Origin: an uncultured Gemmatimonadaceae bacterium
GTDB taxonomy: Bacteria; Gemmatimonadota; Gemmatimonadetes; Gemmatimonadales; GWC2-71-9
Length of the DNA: 64,000 bases
NCBI GenBank assembly: GCA_964638035.1
Contig: CAZWXD010000011.1
Span: 24,875-88,874 of the forward strand
Direction: 5' to 3'
Part shown: piece by piece, positions 47,413-56,622 of the stretch
Layout: each line of letters starts with the position of its first letter
Position numbering within the stretch: the first letter of the stretch is position 1
The notes under the pieces: model-generated
Seen by the model: the letters and a program-made list of their open reading frames with translations, nothing else
Told to the model about the DNA's origin: nothing
The model's database searches: none
Program-made: the position numbers and the translations under genes

Positions 47413-47961
47413 ATGCGAGGCCAGGTGCCCTACCACGGAACCACCATCTGCTGTGTCCGCCGCAACGGTCGCGTCGCCCTGGGCGGCGACGGCCAGGTCA
47501 GCATCGGCGACTCCATCATGAAGTCGAACGCGGTGAAGGTCCGGACACTCAAGGGCGGCCGGGTCCTGGCCGGATTTGCAGGTTCCGTGGCCGATGCCAT
47601 CACGCTGTTCGAGAAGTTCGAGGAGAAACTCGAGCGCCATCCGGGCAACCTGCCCCGGGCCGCGGTCGAGCTGGCCAAGGACTGGCGGAGTGACCGGGTG
47701 CTCCGGCGCCTGGAGGCATTGCTCTGCGTGGCCGACCTGGAGCACAGCTACCTGCTGAGCGGGGCGGGGGAGCTGATCGAACCCGACGACGGGGTGCTCG
47801 CCATCGGGTCGGGTGGCAACTACGCCCTGGCCGCGGCGCGGGCCCTGGTTTCGTCTACCGAGCTGTCGGCGCGCGACATCGTACAGCGGTCGCTGGAGAT
47901 TGCCGCAGACATCTGTGTGTTCACCAACCGGAGCATCTCGATTGTAGAGCTTGGGGCCTAG
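47413..47961 (+). CDS. hslV: ATP-dependent protease subunit HslV
   Basis: [12 protein letters not shown] (N-terminal Thr nucleophile) and [14 protein letters not shown]. Confidence 0.92.
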   Translation: MRGQVPYHGTTICCVRRNGRVALGGDGQVSIGDSIMKSNAVKVRTLKGGRVLAGFAGSVADAITLFEKFEEKLERHPGNLPRAAVELAKDWRSDRVLRRLEALLCVADLEHSYLLSGAGELIEPDDGVLAIGSGGNYALAAARALVSSTELSARDIVQRSLEIAADICVFTNRSISIVELGA

Positions 47962-47978
47962 ACGTTTCATCGTCGTCG

Positions 47979-48018
47979 CCGTCCCGCCGTCCCGCCGCCC
48001 CGCCGTCCCGCCGTCCCG
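47979..48018. repeat. Tandem octamer array, family 1 complement (CCGTCCCG x5, one CCGCCCCG variant), single arm
   Basis: Read directly in the 75-nt hslV-hslU spacer. Confidence 0.85.
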
Positions 48019-48036
48019 GCCTTACATTCTCCCCCC

Positions 48037-49494
48037 ATGACCCAACCGCACCCCACCCCGTCCACTGACCAGCCGCCGCCGCCCTGGCTCGAGGAGCTTC
48101 CGCCCCGCCAGATCGTCGCCGAGCTCGACCGCTACATCGTGGGCCAGGACGCGGCCAAGAAGGCCGTGGCCATCGCGGTGCGAAACCGCTGGCGCCGGGC
48201 GCAGGCTCCCGACGATATCCGGGACGAGATCACCCCGTACAACATCATCATGATCGGCCCCACCGGGGTGGGAAAGACGGAGGTCGCGCGCCGGCTGGCC
48301 CGCCTGGCGGGTGCGCCCTTCCTCAAGGTGGAGGCCTCGAAGTTCACCGAGGTGGGCTACGTGGGCCGCGACGTGGAGTCCATGGTGCGCGACCTCGTGG
48401 ATGCGGCCATCAACATGGTGCGCACCGAACGGGAGGACGAGGTCTTTCCCCAGGCGGAGGCTCGCGCCGAGGACCGCCTGCTTGACCTGCTGCTGCCGGA
48501 ACCCGGACCAGCGGCCGACACCAGCGGCAAGGCGGCGGGTCGGCCCGGTGACAAGGTCTTTGTGGTTGGCGCGGCGGGCCAGGCCAGCATCGAGGCCGAC
48601 CCCGAGCGTCGCGCACGGTCGCGCGCCAAGCTCCGGGAGATGCTCAAGCAGGGCAAGCTGGACGACCGCGAGGTGGAGGTGGAGGTGACGCCGCCCAACG
48701 CGCCGGGGATGGAGATGCTGCCGGTGCCCCAGGGGATGGAGGGCGCCGACTTCAACTTCACCGAGTGGCTGCAGGACATGATGCCCCGCCGGAAGAAGCG
48801 GCGCACCGTGCGGATTCCCGAGGCACGCCGGCTCCTGGTTGACGAGGAGCTGCGCAAGATGGTGGACATGGACGACACGGTGAACGAGGCGCTGGACCGG
48901 GTGGAGAACCACGGCATCCTCTTCATCGACGAGATCGACAAGATCGCCGGGGAGCGCTCCACCACCGGGCCCGACGTATCCCGGCAGGGCGTGCAGCGCG
49001 ACCTGCTGCCGATCGTGGAGGGCTCCACGGTGCAGACGCGCTACGGCTACGTCCGCACCGACCACGTGCTGTTCATTGCGGCGGGCGCGTTCCACATCGC
49101 CAAGCCCAGCGACCTCATTCCCGAACTGCAGGGCCGCTTCCCCATCCGGGTGGAGCTGCAACCCCTCACCGAGGCCGACTTCATCCGGATCCTGACCGAG
49201 CCGGAGGGATCGCTCACCCGGCAGTACCAGGCGCTGGTCGCCGCGGAGGGGAGGGAGCTCGTGTTCGAGCAGGGCGCCATCGCCGAGATCGCGCGGCTGG
49301 CACGGGAGGCAAATGACCGGCTGGAGAACATCGGGGCCCGCCGGCTCCACACGGTGATGGCCACGCTGATGGAAGAGATCCTGTTCGCGTTGCCGGAGTG
49401 GAAGGCGAACCCGATCGTGATCGGTGCAGACCAGGTGCGGGAGAAGGTGGGAGCGGTACTGGGGAACGAGGATCTGAGGCGGTACATCCTGTAG
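48037..49494 (+). CDS. hslU: ATP-dependent protease ATPase subunit HslU
   Basis: PRQIVAELDRYIVGQDAAKKAVAIA, Walker A GPTGVGKTEVARRLA, C-terminal ...LGNEDLRRYIL. Confidence 0.94.
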   Translation: MTQPHPTPSTDQPPPPWLEELPPRQIVAELDRYIVGQDAAKKAVAIAVRNRWRRAQAPDDIRDEITPYNIIMIGPTGVGKTEVARRLARLAGAPFLKVEASKFTEVGYVGRDVESMVRDLVDAAINMVRTEREDEVFPQAEARAEDRLLDLLLPEPGPAADTSGKAAGRPGDKVFVVGAAGQASIEADPERRARSRAKLREMLKQGKLDDREVEVEVTPPNAPGMEMLPVPQGMEGADFNFTEWLQDMMPRRKKRRTVRIPEARRLLVDEELRKMVDMDDTVNEALDRVENHGILFIDEIDKIAGERSTTGPDVSRQGVQRDLLPIVEGSTVQTRYGYVRTDHVLFIAAGAFHIAKPSDLIPELQGRFPIRVELQPLTEADFIRILTEPEGSLTRQYQALVAAEGRELVFEQGAIAEIARLAREANDRLENIGARRLHTVMATLMEEILFALPEWKANPIVIGADQVREKVGAVLGNEDLRRYIL

Positions 49495-49496
49495 CT

Positions 49497-49516
49497 CGCC
49501 CGGCGGCTGCCGGGCG
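49497..49516 (+). terminator. Hairpin after hslU (possible terminator)
   Basis: CGCCCGGC - ggct - GCCGGGCG. No U-tract. Confidence 0.4.
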
Positions 49517-49630
49517 TGGCTCGATTGACCCCACGCCGACACCACGTCACGCATCCAAGCCTTGCTGTGCCGGGGCCGGAGGGCTACTCTCCCTGCCACT
49601 CTGACAGCCCCTGCCAGCGGCAGAACTCCC

Positions 49631-50530
49631 ATGCCCAAGCGCGATTTCCTCGCCGTTTCCGACCTCAGCAGGCCCGACCTCACGGCCCTCCTCGACCTTG
49701 CCGCGCGAATGAAGCGCGGGGAGTACCGGGACCGGCCGCTCGCGGGGAAGTCGCTGGCCATGATCTTCACCAAGTCGTCCACCCGCACCCGGGTGTCGTT
49801 CGAGGTGGGTACGGCCCAACTTGGCGGGCACGCCCTGTTCCTGTCGTCACGTGACATCCAGTTGGGCCGGGGTGAGCCGATCCGTGACATGGCGCGGGTG
49901 CTCTCGCGCTACGTGAACGGCATCATGATCCGCACCTTCGCCCACGCCGACGTGGAGGAACTCGCGAAGTACGCGACGGTGCCGGTCATCAACGGGCTCA
50001 CCGACTACAACCATCCCTGCCAGATCCTGGCCGACCTGCAGACGGTGCAGGAGAACCTGGGTGATCCCTCCAGGCTGGTGATCGCCTGGATCGGTGACGG
50101 GAACAACATGGCGCACAGCTGGATCGAGGCGGCGATGGTGCTGGGCTTCGAGCTCCGCCTCGCCTGCCCTGCGGGCTACGACCCTGATGCGACCCTTCTC
50201 GCCACGGCCCAACGGTCGGCGCGCGTGGTGCTCACGCGCTCGCCCCAGGAAGCCGCGCGCGGCGCCCACGTGGTGAACACCGACGTGTGGGCCTCGATGG
50301 GACAGGAGGCTGAACAGGCCGAACGCGAGAAGGCCTTCCGCGGGTTCCTGGTGGATGACCGGCTCATGAAGCTGGCCCGCCCGGAGGCGATCTTCCTGCA
50401 CTGCCTGCCGGCCCACCGCGGTGAGGAAGTAGCCGAGTCGGTGCTGGAAGGGCCGCAGTCGCGGGTGTTCGACCAGGCGGGGAACCGCCTGCATGCGCAG
50501 AAGGCCCTGATGGCGATGCTGATGTCATGA
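49631..50530 (+). CDS. argF: Ornithine carbamoyltransferase
   Basis: STRTRVSFE, HPCQILADL, DVWASMGQE, HCLPAHRGEE. Start trimmed to ATG 49631. Confidence 0.9.
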   Translation: MPKRDFLAVSDLSRPDLTALLDLAARMKRGEYRDRPLAGKSLAMIFTKSSTRTRVSFEVGTAQLGGHALFLSSRDIQLGRGEPIRDMARVLSRYVNGIMIRTFAHADVEELAKYATVPVINGLTDYNHPCQILADLQTVQENLGDPSRLVIAWIGDGNNMAHSWIEAAMVLGFELRLACPAGYDPDATLLATAQRSARVVLTRSPQEAARGAHVVNTDVWASMGQEAEQAEREKAFRGFLVDDRLMKLARPEAIFLHCLPAHRGEEVAESVLEGPQSRVFDQAGNRLHAQKALMAMLMS

Positions 50531-50569
50531 TGGCCACTGAACCTGTTTCCCCCGTGATCGGATGAAGCC

Positions 50570-51667
50570 ATGAGCGAGCTGTTGCGGACCCCGCTGTTCG
50601 AGACCCACAAGCGCCTGGGCGGCAAGATGGTGGCGTATGCCGGCTGGGAGATGCCGGTGCTGTATCCCACGGGCATCATGGCCGAGCACCAGGCGGTGCG
50701 GAGCAACGTCGGGATCTTCGACGTGTCGCACATGGGCGAGTTCGAGGTGACGGGCCCCGACCGGAATGCGTTCGTGAACCGCATCACCTGCAACGACGTG
50801 GGTGTGCTCGCTGCTGGGCAGGTGCAGTACTCGGCGATCCTCACGAAGGAAGGCACCTTCGTGGACGACTGCACGGTGTACCGCTTCGATGACAAGCTGA
50901 TGATCGTGGTGAACGCCGCGAACGTCGCCTCGGCGTGGGAGCACATCGTGGAGCAGAAGGGCGGCGCCAACGTGCGGCTCAAGGACATCTCGTCCGATGT
51001 GGGCCTCATTGCGGTGCAGGGGCCCAACGCCGAGCCGGTGCTGCAGCCGCTCGCAGGCGTGATGCTGTCGAGCATCGGGTACTACCACTTCGACACCGGC
51101 TCGATTGCCGGCTGCCAGTGCTTCATCTCCCGCACCGGCTACACTGGCGAGGATGGCTTCGAGCTGTACTGCCGGTGGAAGGACACGCCGGCCATCTGGG
51201 AGGCGCTCCTCCAGGCCGGTGCACTGCCGATCGGGCTCGGCGCCCGCGACTCGCTGCGGCTGGAGATGGGCTACGCGCTCTACGGCAACGAGATTGACCG
51301 CACCATCACGCCCCTCGAGGCCACGCTGGGCTGGATCGTGAAGCTCGACAAGGGCGCCCCGTTCGTGGGCGCCGACGCGCTGCGGGCGCAGAAGGCGCGG
51401 GGGGTGACCCGGAAGCTGGTGGGCTTCAAGCTCAACGGGCGGGGAATCGCCCGCCACGGGTATCCGGTGTGGCACGACGGCAAGCCGGTGGACATCGTGC
51501 GCAGCGGCACTCAGAGCCCCTCGCTCGGTGCCGCGATCGGCACGACCTTCCTCCCCGCCGCCGTGGCCAAGGTGGGCACGACCTTCGAGATCGAGTGCCG
51601 GAACGAGAAGATCCCGGCCGAGGTGGTGGGCCGGCCGTTCTGGAAGAACGGCACGGTGAAGAAGTAG
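50570..51667 (+). CDS. gcvT: Glycine cleavage system aminomethyltransferase (T protein)
   Basis: LRTPLFETHKRLGGKMVAYAGWEMPVLY N-terminus; 365 aa. Confidence 0.92.
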   Translation: MSELLRTPLFETHKRLGGKMVAYAGWEMPVLYPTGIMAEHQAVRSNVGIFDVSHMGEFEVTGPDRNAFVNRITCNDVGVLAAGQVQYSAILTKEGTFVDDCTVYRFDDKLMIVVNAANVASAWEHIVEQKGGANVRLKDISSDVGLIAVQGPNAEPVLQPLAGVMLSSIGYYHFDTGSIAGCQCFISRTGYTGEDGFELYCRWKDTPAIWEALLQAGALPIGLGARDSLRLEMGYALYGNEIDRTITPLEATLGWIVKLDKGAPFVGADALRAQKARGVTRKLVGFKLNGRGIARHGYPVWHDGKPVDIVRSGTQSPSLGAAIGTTFLPAAVAKVGTTFEIECRNEKIPAEVVGRPFWKNGTVKK

Positions 51668-51675
51668 GGCCTGCC

Positions 51676-52160
51676 ATGCGCGTGGCGGTGCTGACCGTTT
51701 CCGATGCCGGCGCGAGGGGCGAGCGCGCCGACGCGTCGGGTGATGCCATTGCGGCATGGGCCTCGGCGCGCGGGTTCGTGCTCGCGATGCGGGAGCTGGT
51801 GCCCGACGAGACGGTGCACGTGACACGCACCCTCGTGGCCTGGTCCGACGGCGACGTGGCCGACCTCATCCTGACCACCGGGGGCACCGGCCTTACCGCA
51901 CGTGATGTCACCCCCGAAGCCACCCGCGCCGCGCTCGAGAAGGAGGCGCCCGGCATTGCGGAGGCACTCCGCTTCGCAGCGTACGCCGGCTTTCCCCGTG
52001 CCGCCCTCTCGCGCGGCGTGGCCGGGGTCCGGGCGCGCACCCTCATCGTGAACCTCCCGGGGAGCCCCTCGGGGGTGCGCGATGGCCTCACCGTGCTCGG
52101 CGGGATCGTGGAGCACGCCGTGGAACTGGTGCGCGGCACCGGCGTGGAGCACCCGACCCC

Positions 52161-52164
<4 letters not shown>
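51676..52164 (+). CDS. Molybdenum cofactor biosynthesis protein, MogA/MoaB family
   Basis: Internal ATG. LILTTGGTGLTARDVTPEAT signature; 162 aa. Confidence 0.85.
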
Positions 52165-53684
<1,520 letters not shown>

Positions 53685-53744
53685 GCCGGGCGATTCCGAT
53701 GCCGCTAAACGCCTTGCTGTCAAGATTTTGCACTAGTGTGACCC

Positions 53745-53774
53745 TTGACACTTGTCAAACCCTTAACCGATATT
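53745..53774 (+). promoter_or_regulatory. sigma70-like promoter candidate overlapping palindromic operator
   Basis: TTGACA - 18 nt - GATATT. The -35 box is the left half of the perfect inverted repeat TTGACAcTTGTCAA. The palindrome CACTAGTG lies just upstream. Confidence 0.35.
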
Positions 53775-53814
53775 CCGGGGCGCAGTTTCCTCGCCTCTCC
53801 CCACGGGAAAGTCA

Positions 53815-55542
53815 TTGCTGACCTTTCGGATCGACGCTGAGCGTTGCGTCGCCTGCCTCGCCTGTGTGCGGGTCTGCCCGACCGCCGCCATCGAGGTGGT
53901 GGGAGAGGCACCAACCTTGCGCATCGACGATGCATCGTGCGTCAGGTGCGGGGAGTGCGTTCCGGTCTGCGCCCACGAGGCGGTCCTCGTGAGCGGTGAA
54001 CTGGGCAAGGCTTTGACACTGGCCGCCCAGGGCTCGGCGGCGCTGATCCTGAGCCCCGAATCGGCGGCCCATTTCTACCCAGCAACCCCGGAGCAGGTGG
54101 TGAATGCCTGCTACGCTGCCGGGTTCCGGGTGGTGACCCGGGGCGTCATCGGCGACGAATTGGTGGCGGCCGAATACCTCCGGCTGTGGGAAGAGGAGTC
54201 CTGGGGAACGCTGGTCCGGTCGAGCGACCCGGTGGTGGTCGAGACGGTCCGGCGGCAGTATCCCGAACTGGTGCCCTACCTGGCGCCAGTGACCACGCCG
54301 GCGGTGGCGGAAGCGCGGTACCTGCGGGCGCGGTATGGCGAGGCGTTGCCCGTGGTCTATGCCGGGTACGTGGCGCCGCCCGGGAGCGATGGCATCGATG
54401 CCGCGCTCACCTTCGACGACCTGGAGCAGCTGCTCCGGATGCGCTCGGTGGTGGCGCTGTCGCAGCCCACGTTCTTCCAGCGAATCCCGGAAGAGCGGCG
54501 CCGGCACCTGAGTGCGGCGGGCGGGATGCCGCTGGCGATGCTGGAGGAGGCTCGGCACTCGAGCCACCGCTTCAAGACGCTGCGTGGGCTCGATGCCCTG
54601 CCAGCGCTGGCGCGGGCCGTGGCGGTGGATCGGCTGGAGCTGGGCTTCGTCGACATCCTGTCGACCGAGCGGGCCTTGGCGCATCCGCTCTCGGGTCCGC
54701 CCGAGGAGCTGTACTGGCGCCGGGCGCTGGTGGCGAGCACGGAGCCGCCGCGGAGCCGGCTACCGGTGGTTGACCGGGGCGTCGTGCCCGACGTGGGTGC
54801 GACGTTCACGATCGAGCCGCTGCCCGGCCCGCCCGATCCGCGGGCAGTGACAGCGGTGCTGGAGATGATCGGCACCGGTCCCAATGGGCGGCCGTGGGAC
54901 TGTGGGGCGTGCGGGTTCAGCACGTGCCAGCGGTTTGCGGAGGCCGAGGTGATGGGCCGGGCCACGTTACGCCTGTGCCCGCCATACCAGGAGCGGCGCG
55001 CCGACGAGGCGCTGCGCGAGGCGGCGGTCGACCGGCTGACGGGGCTGGCGACGTACAAGGTGCTGCAGGAGCGGCTCCAGTACGAGATCGAGCGCAGCAA
55101 GCGGAGCGACGACCACTTCGCGGTGCTGTTCCTGGACCTGGATTCGTTCAAGGCCGTGAACGACCGGTACGGGCACCAGGCAGGCAATGACATCCTGCGG
55201 GGCGTGGCAGCGGAGATACGCGCGGCGGTGCGCGCGTCCGACGTCGCGGCACGCTACGGCGGCGACGAGTTCGTGGTGATCCTCACGCGCACCGACCTGC
55301 CGGGCGCCACCCGCGTGGCGGAGGCGCTCCGGGCCGGCATCGAGGGAGTGGGCCGTCGCCTGGGCTACCCGCACGGCATGGTGACGGTGAGCGTGGGTGT
55401 GGCGGAGTTCAACCCGCGGCACCCGACCGATGGAGACCTGCTGGTGGCAGCTGACCGGGCGCTCTATCGCGCCAAGGCCGGGGGGCGCAATCTCATTGCC
55501 GGGGCAGAGATGCCGCGGCAGCACGAGGTGACACAGGCGTGA
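53815..55542 (+). CDS. Fe-S / [FeFe]-hydrogenase-like sensor domain fused to a GGDEF diguanylate cyclase
   Basis: Two ferredoxin motifs (CVACLACVRVCP, CVRCGECVPVCA). Fe_hyd_lg_C-like region with SSDP in place of SCCP. CGACGFSTCQRF...LCPP (PF04060-type Fe-S motif). GGDEF domain with RASD I-site and RYGGDEFVV. TTG start. Confidence 0.85.
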   Translation: MLTFRIDAERCVACLACVRVCPTAAIEVVGEAPTLRIDDASCVRCGECVPVCAHEAVLVSGELGKALTLAAQGSAALILSPESAAHFYPATPEQVVNACYAAGFRVVTRGVIGDELVAAEYLRLWEEESWGTLVRSSDPVVVETVRRQYPELVPYLAPVTTPAVAEARYLRARYGEALPVVYAGYVAPPGSDGIDAALTFDDLEQLLRMRSVVALSQPTFFQRIPEERRRHLSAAGGMPLAMLEEARHSSHRFKTLRGLDALPALARAVAVDRLELGFVDILSTERALAHPLSGPPEELYWRRALVASTEPPRSRLPVVDRGVVPDVGATFTIEPLPGPPDPRAVTAVLEMIGTGPNGRPWDCGACGFSTCQRFAEAEVMGRATLRLCPPYQERRADEALREAAVDRLTGLATYKVLQERLQYEIERSKRSDDHFAVLFLDLDSFKAVNDRYGHQAGNDILRGVAAEIRAAVRASDVAARYGGDEFVVILTRTDLPGATRVAEALRAGIEGVGRRLGYPHGMVTVSVGVAEFNPRHPTDGDLLVAADRALYRAKAGGRNLIAGAEMPRQHEVTQA

Positions 55543-56285
55543 GCGGATTCTCGTCGAGGCAACCCGCGCAGGGCAGCATGGGCCAGGCGCCGAAGGCACA
55601 GGCTCCCGACGTCCAGGATCCATGGGGCGTACGGCGGGCCGAGAACCTCCTGACCACGCTCGAGGGCATCCTCTCGGCGCGGGTGGTGACCACCCCGCTG
55701 GGTGAGGTCAGCGAGGTTCACGTGCTGGCACAGGCGGGGTTGCAGCCCAAGCAGCTGGTGCGCAACATCGAGTCCGCCCTGCTGGCGCACCTTGGCCTCA
55801 AGGTAGACCACCGCAAGATCAGCATTGCGCAGACGGCCGATGTCAAGCCGATCGATGCGCTCGACACCGTCGCGGTGCGGGATCGCTCGCTCCAGCGGGC
55901 GATGCTGTTCGAGAACGTCACGGTCCTCGCCGGACGACGGCCGCACCGGGTCACGGTGCAGGTATCGCTCAGCATGAATGGCCAGGTGGAGCACGCCGAG
56001 GAAGAGGCGATGGACAACACCAAGGGCCGGGTCGAGGCGGCGGCCAAGGCGGCGCTCGCCGCGGTGGACCGGCTGCTGGGCGACCACAGCCTGGCGCTCG
56101 AGGGCGTTCGCCTGGTGGAGGAGTTCGACCGCCAGTTCGTGTTCGTGGCAGCGCAGGGGTTGAGCGGCCGGGAGACGGTGCTGCTCACAGGCACCGCCGA
56201 AGTCCGCGAGAGTGCGGAACGGGCGGCGGTGTTTGCCATCATGGATGCAACCAATCGCTGGACCGACCTGCGGCGGCCGGCCTGA
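55539..56285 (+). CDS. Hypothetical protein translationally coupled to the diguanylate cyclase
   Basis: GTG overlaps the upstream TGA (GTGA). 248 aa, coding-like GC3 bias, no domain I can name. Confidence 0.6.
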   Translation: MSGFSSRQPAQGSMGQAPKAQAPDVQDPWGVRRAENLLTTLEGILSARVVTTPLGEVSEVHVLAQAGLQPKQLVRNIESALLAHLGLKVDHRKISIAQTADVKPIDALDTVAVRDRSLQRAMLFENVTVLAGRRPHRVTVQVSLSMNGQVEHAEEEAMDNTKGRVEAAAKAALAAVDRLLGDHSLALEGVRLVEEFDRQFVFVAAQGLSGRETVLLTGTAEVRESAERAAVFAIMDATNRWTDLRRPA

Positions 56286-56507
56286 CGGCTGGCGGCGGAC
56301 GCCATATGGAGTGCGCGCAACCCGGGTCCGCGCCCGGGCGGCATGGTAAGGACACTCAACGGAATAAGGGGGCCCCGGTCAACGCACAGCAGGTGCAGTA
56401 GCGGAGACTAGCGGGGAAAAAAGCGGAGCGTCACGGAGAGCCATAGCGGGGCTCGCCACTTCAGGGATTCGATGTGCGAAGTGGTACCCGAGGGGAGGTG
56501 ACGCTCA

Positions 56508-56585
56508 ATGACCAAGCGCAACGATGATGTGAACATCATCGCCTGGTTGGTTGCCGTCCTGACCGGCGGCGAGAACTGGGTCTAA
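56508..56585 (+). CDS. Candidate 25-aa small protein (MTKRNDDVNIIAWLVAVLTGGENWV)
   Basis: GGAGGTG lies 7 nt upstream of the ATG. 21 of 24 sense codons after the ATG end in G/C. TAA stop 37 nt before the HD-GYP gene. Below the ORF-track length cutoff. Confidence 0.4.
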   Translation: MTKRNDDVNIIAWLVAVLTGGENWV

Positions 56586-56622
56586 GCGGTGGTCCGGGGC
56601 CCCAGTCCTACTCGGAGGTACC

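Noticed and set aside
56378-56455. Possible c-di-GMP-I (GEMM-I) riboswitch upstream of the HD-GYP gene. GGTCAACGCACAG and TAGCGGGG resemble the 5' and 3' conserved pieces of Vc2-type aptamers.
   Set aside because: The central conserved elements (GGCAAAC...GNRA loop...GGGACGCAAAGCC) are missing and I could not draw the P1/P2 helices. This should be settled with cmsearch against RF01051 and RF01786. A hit above the gathering threshold would overturn this rejection.
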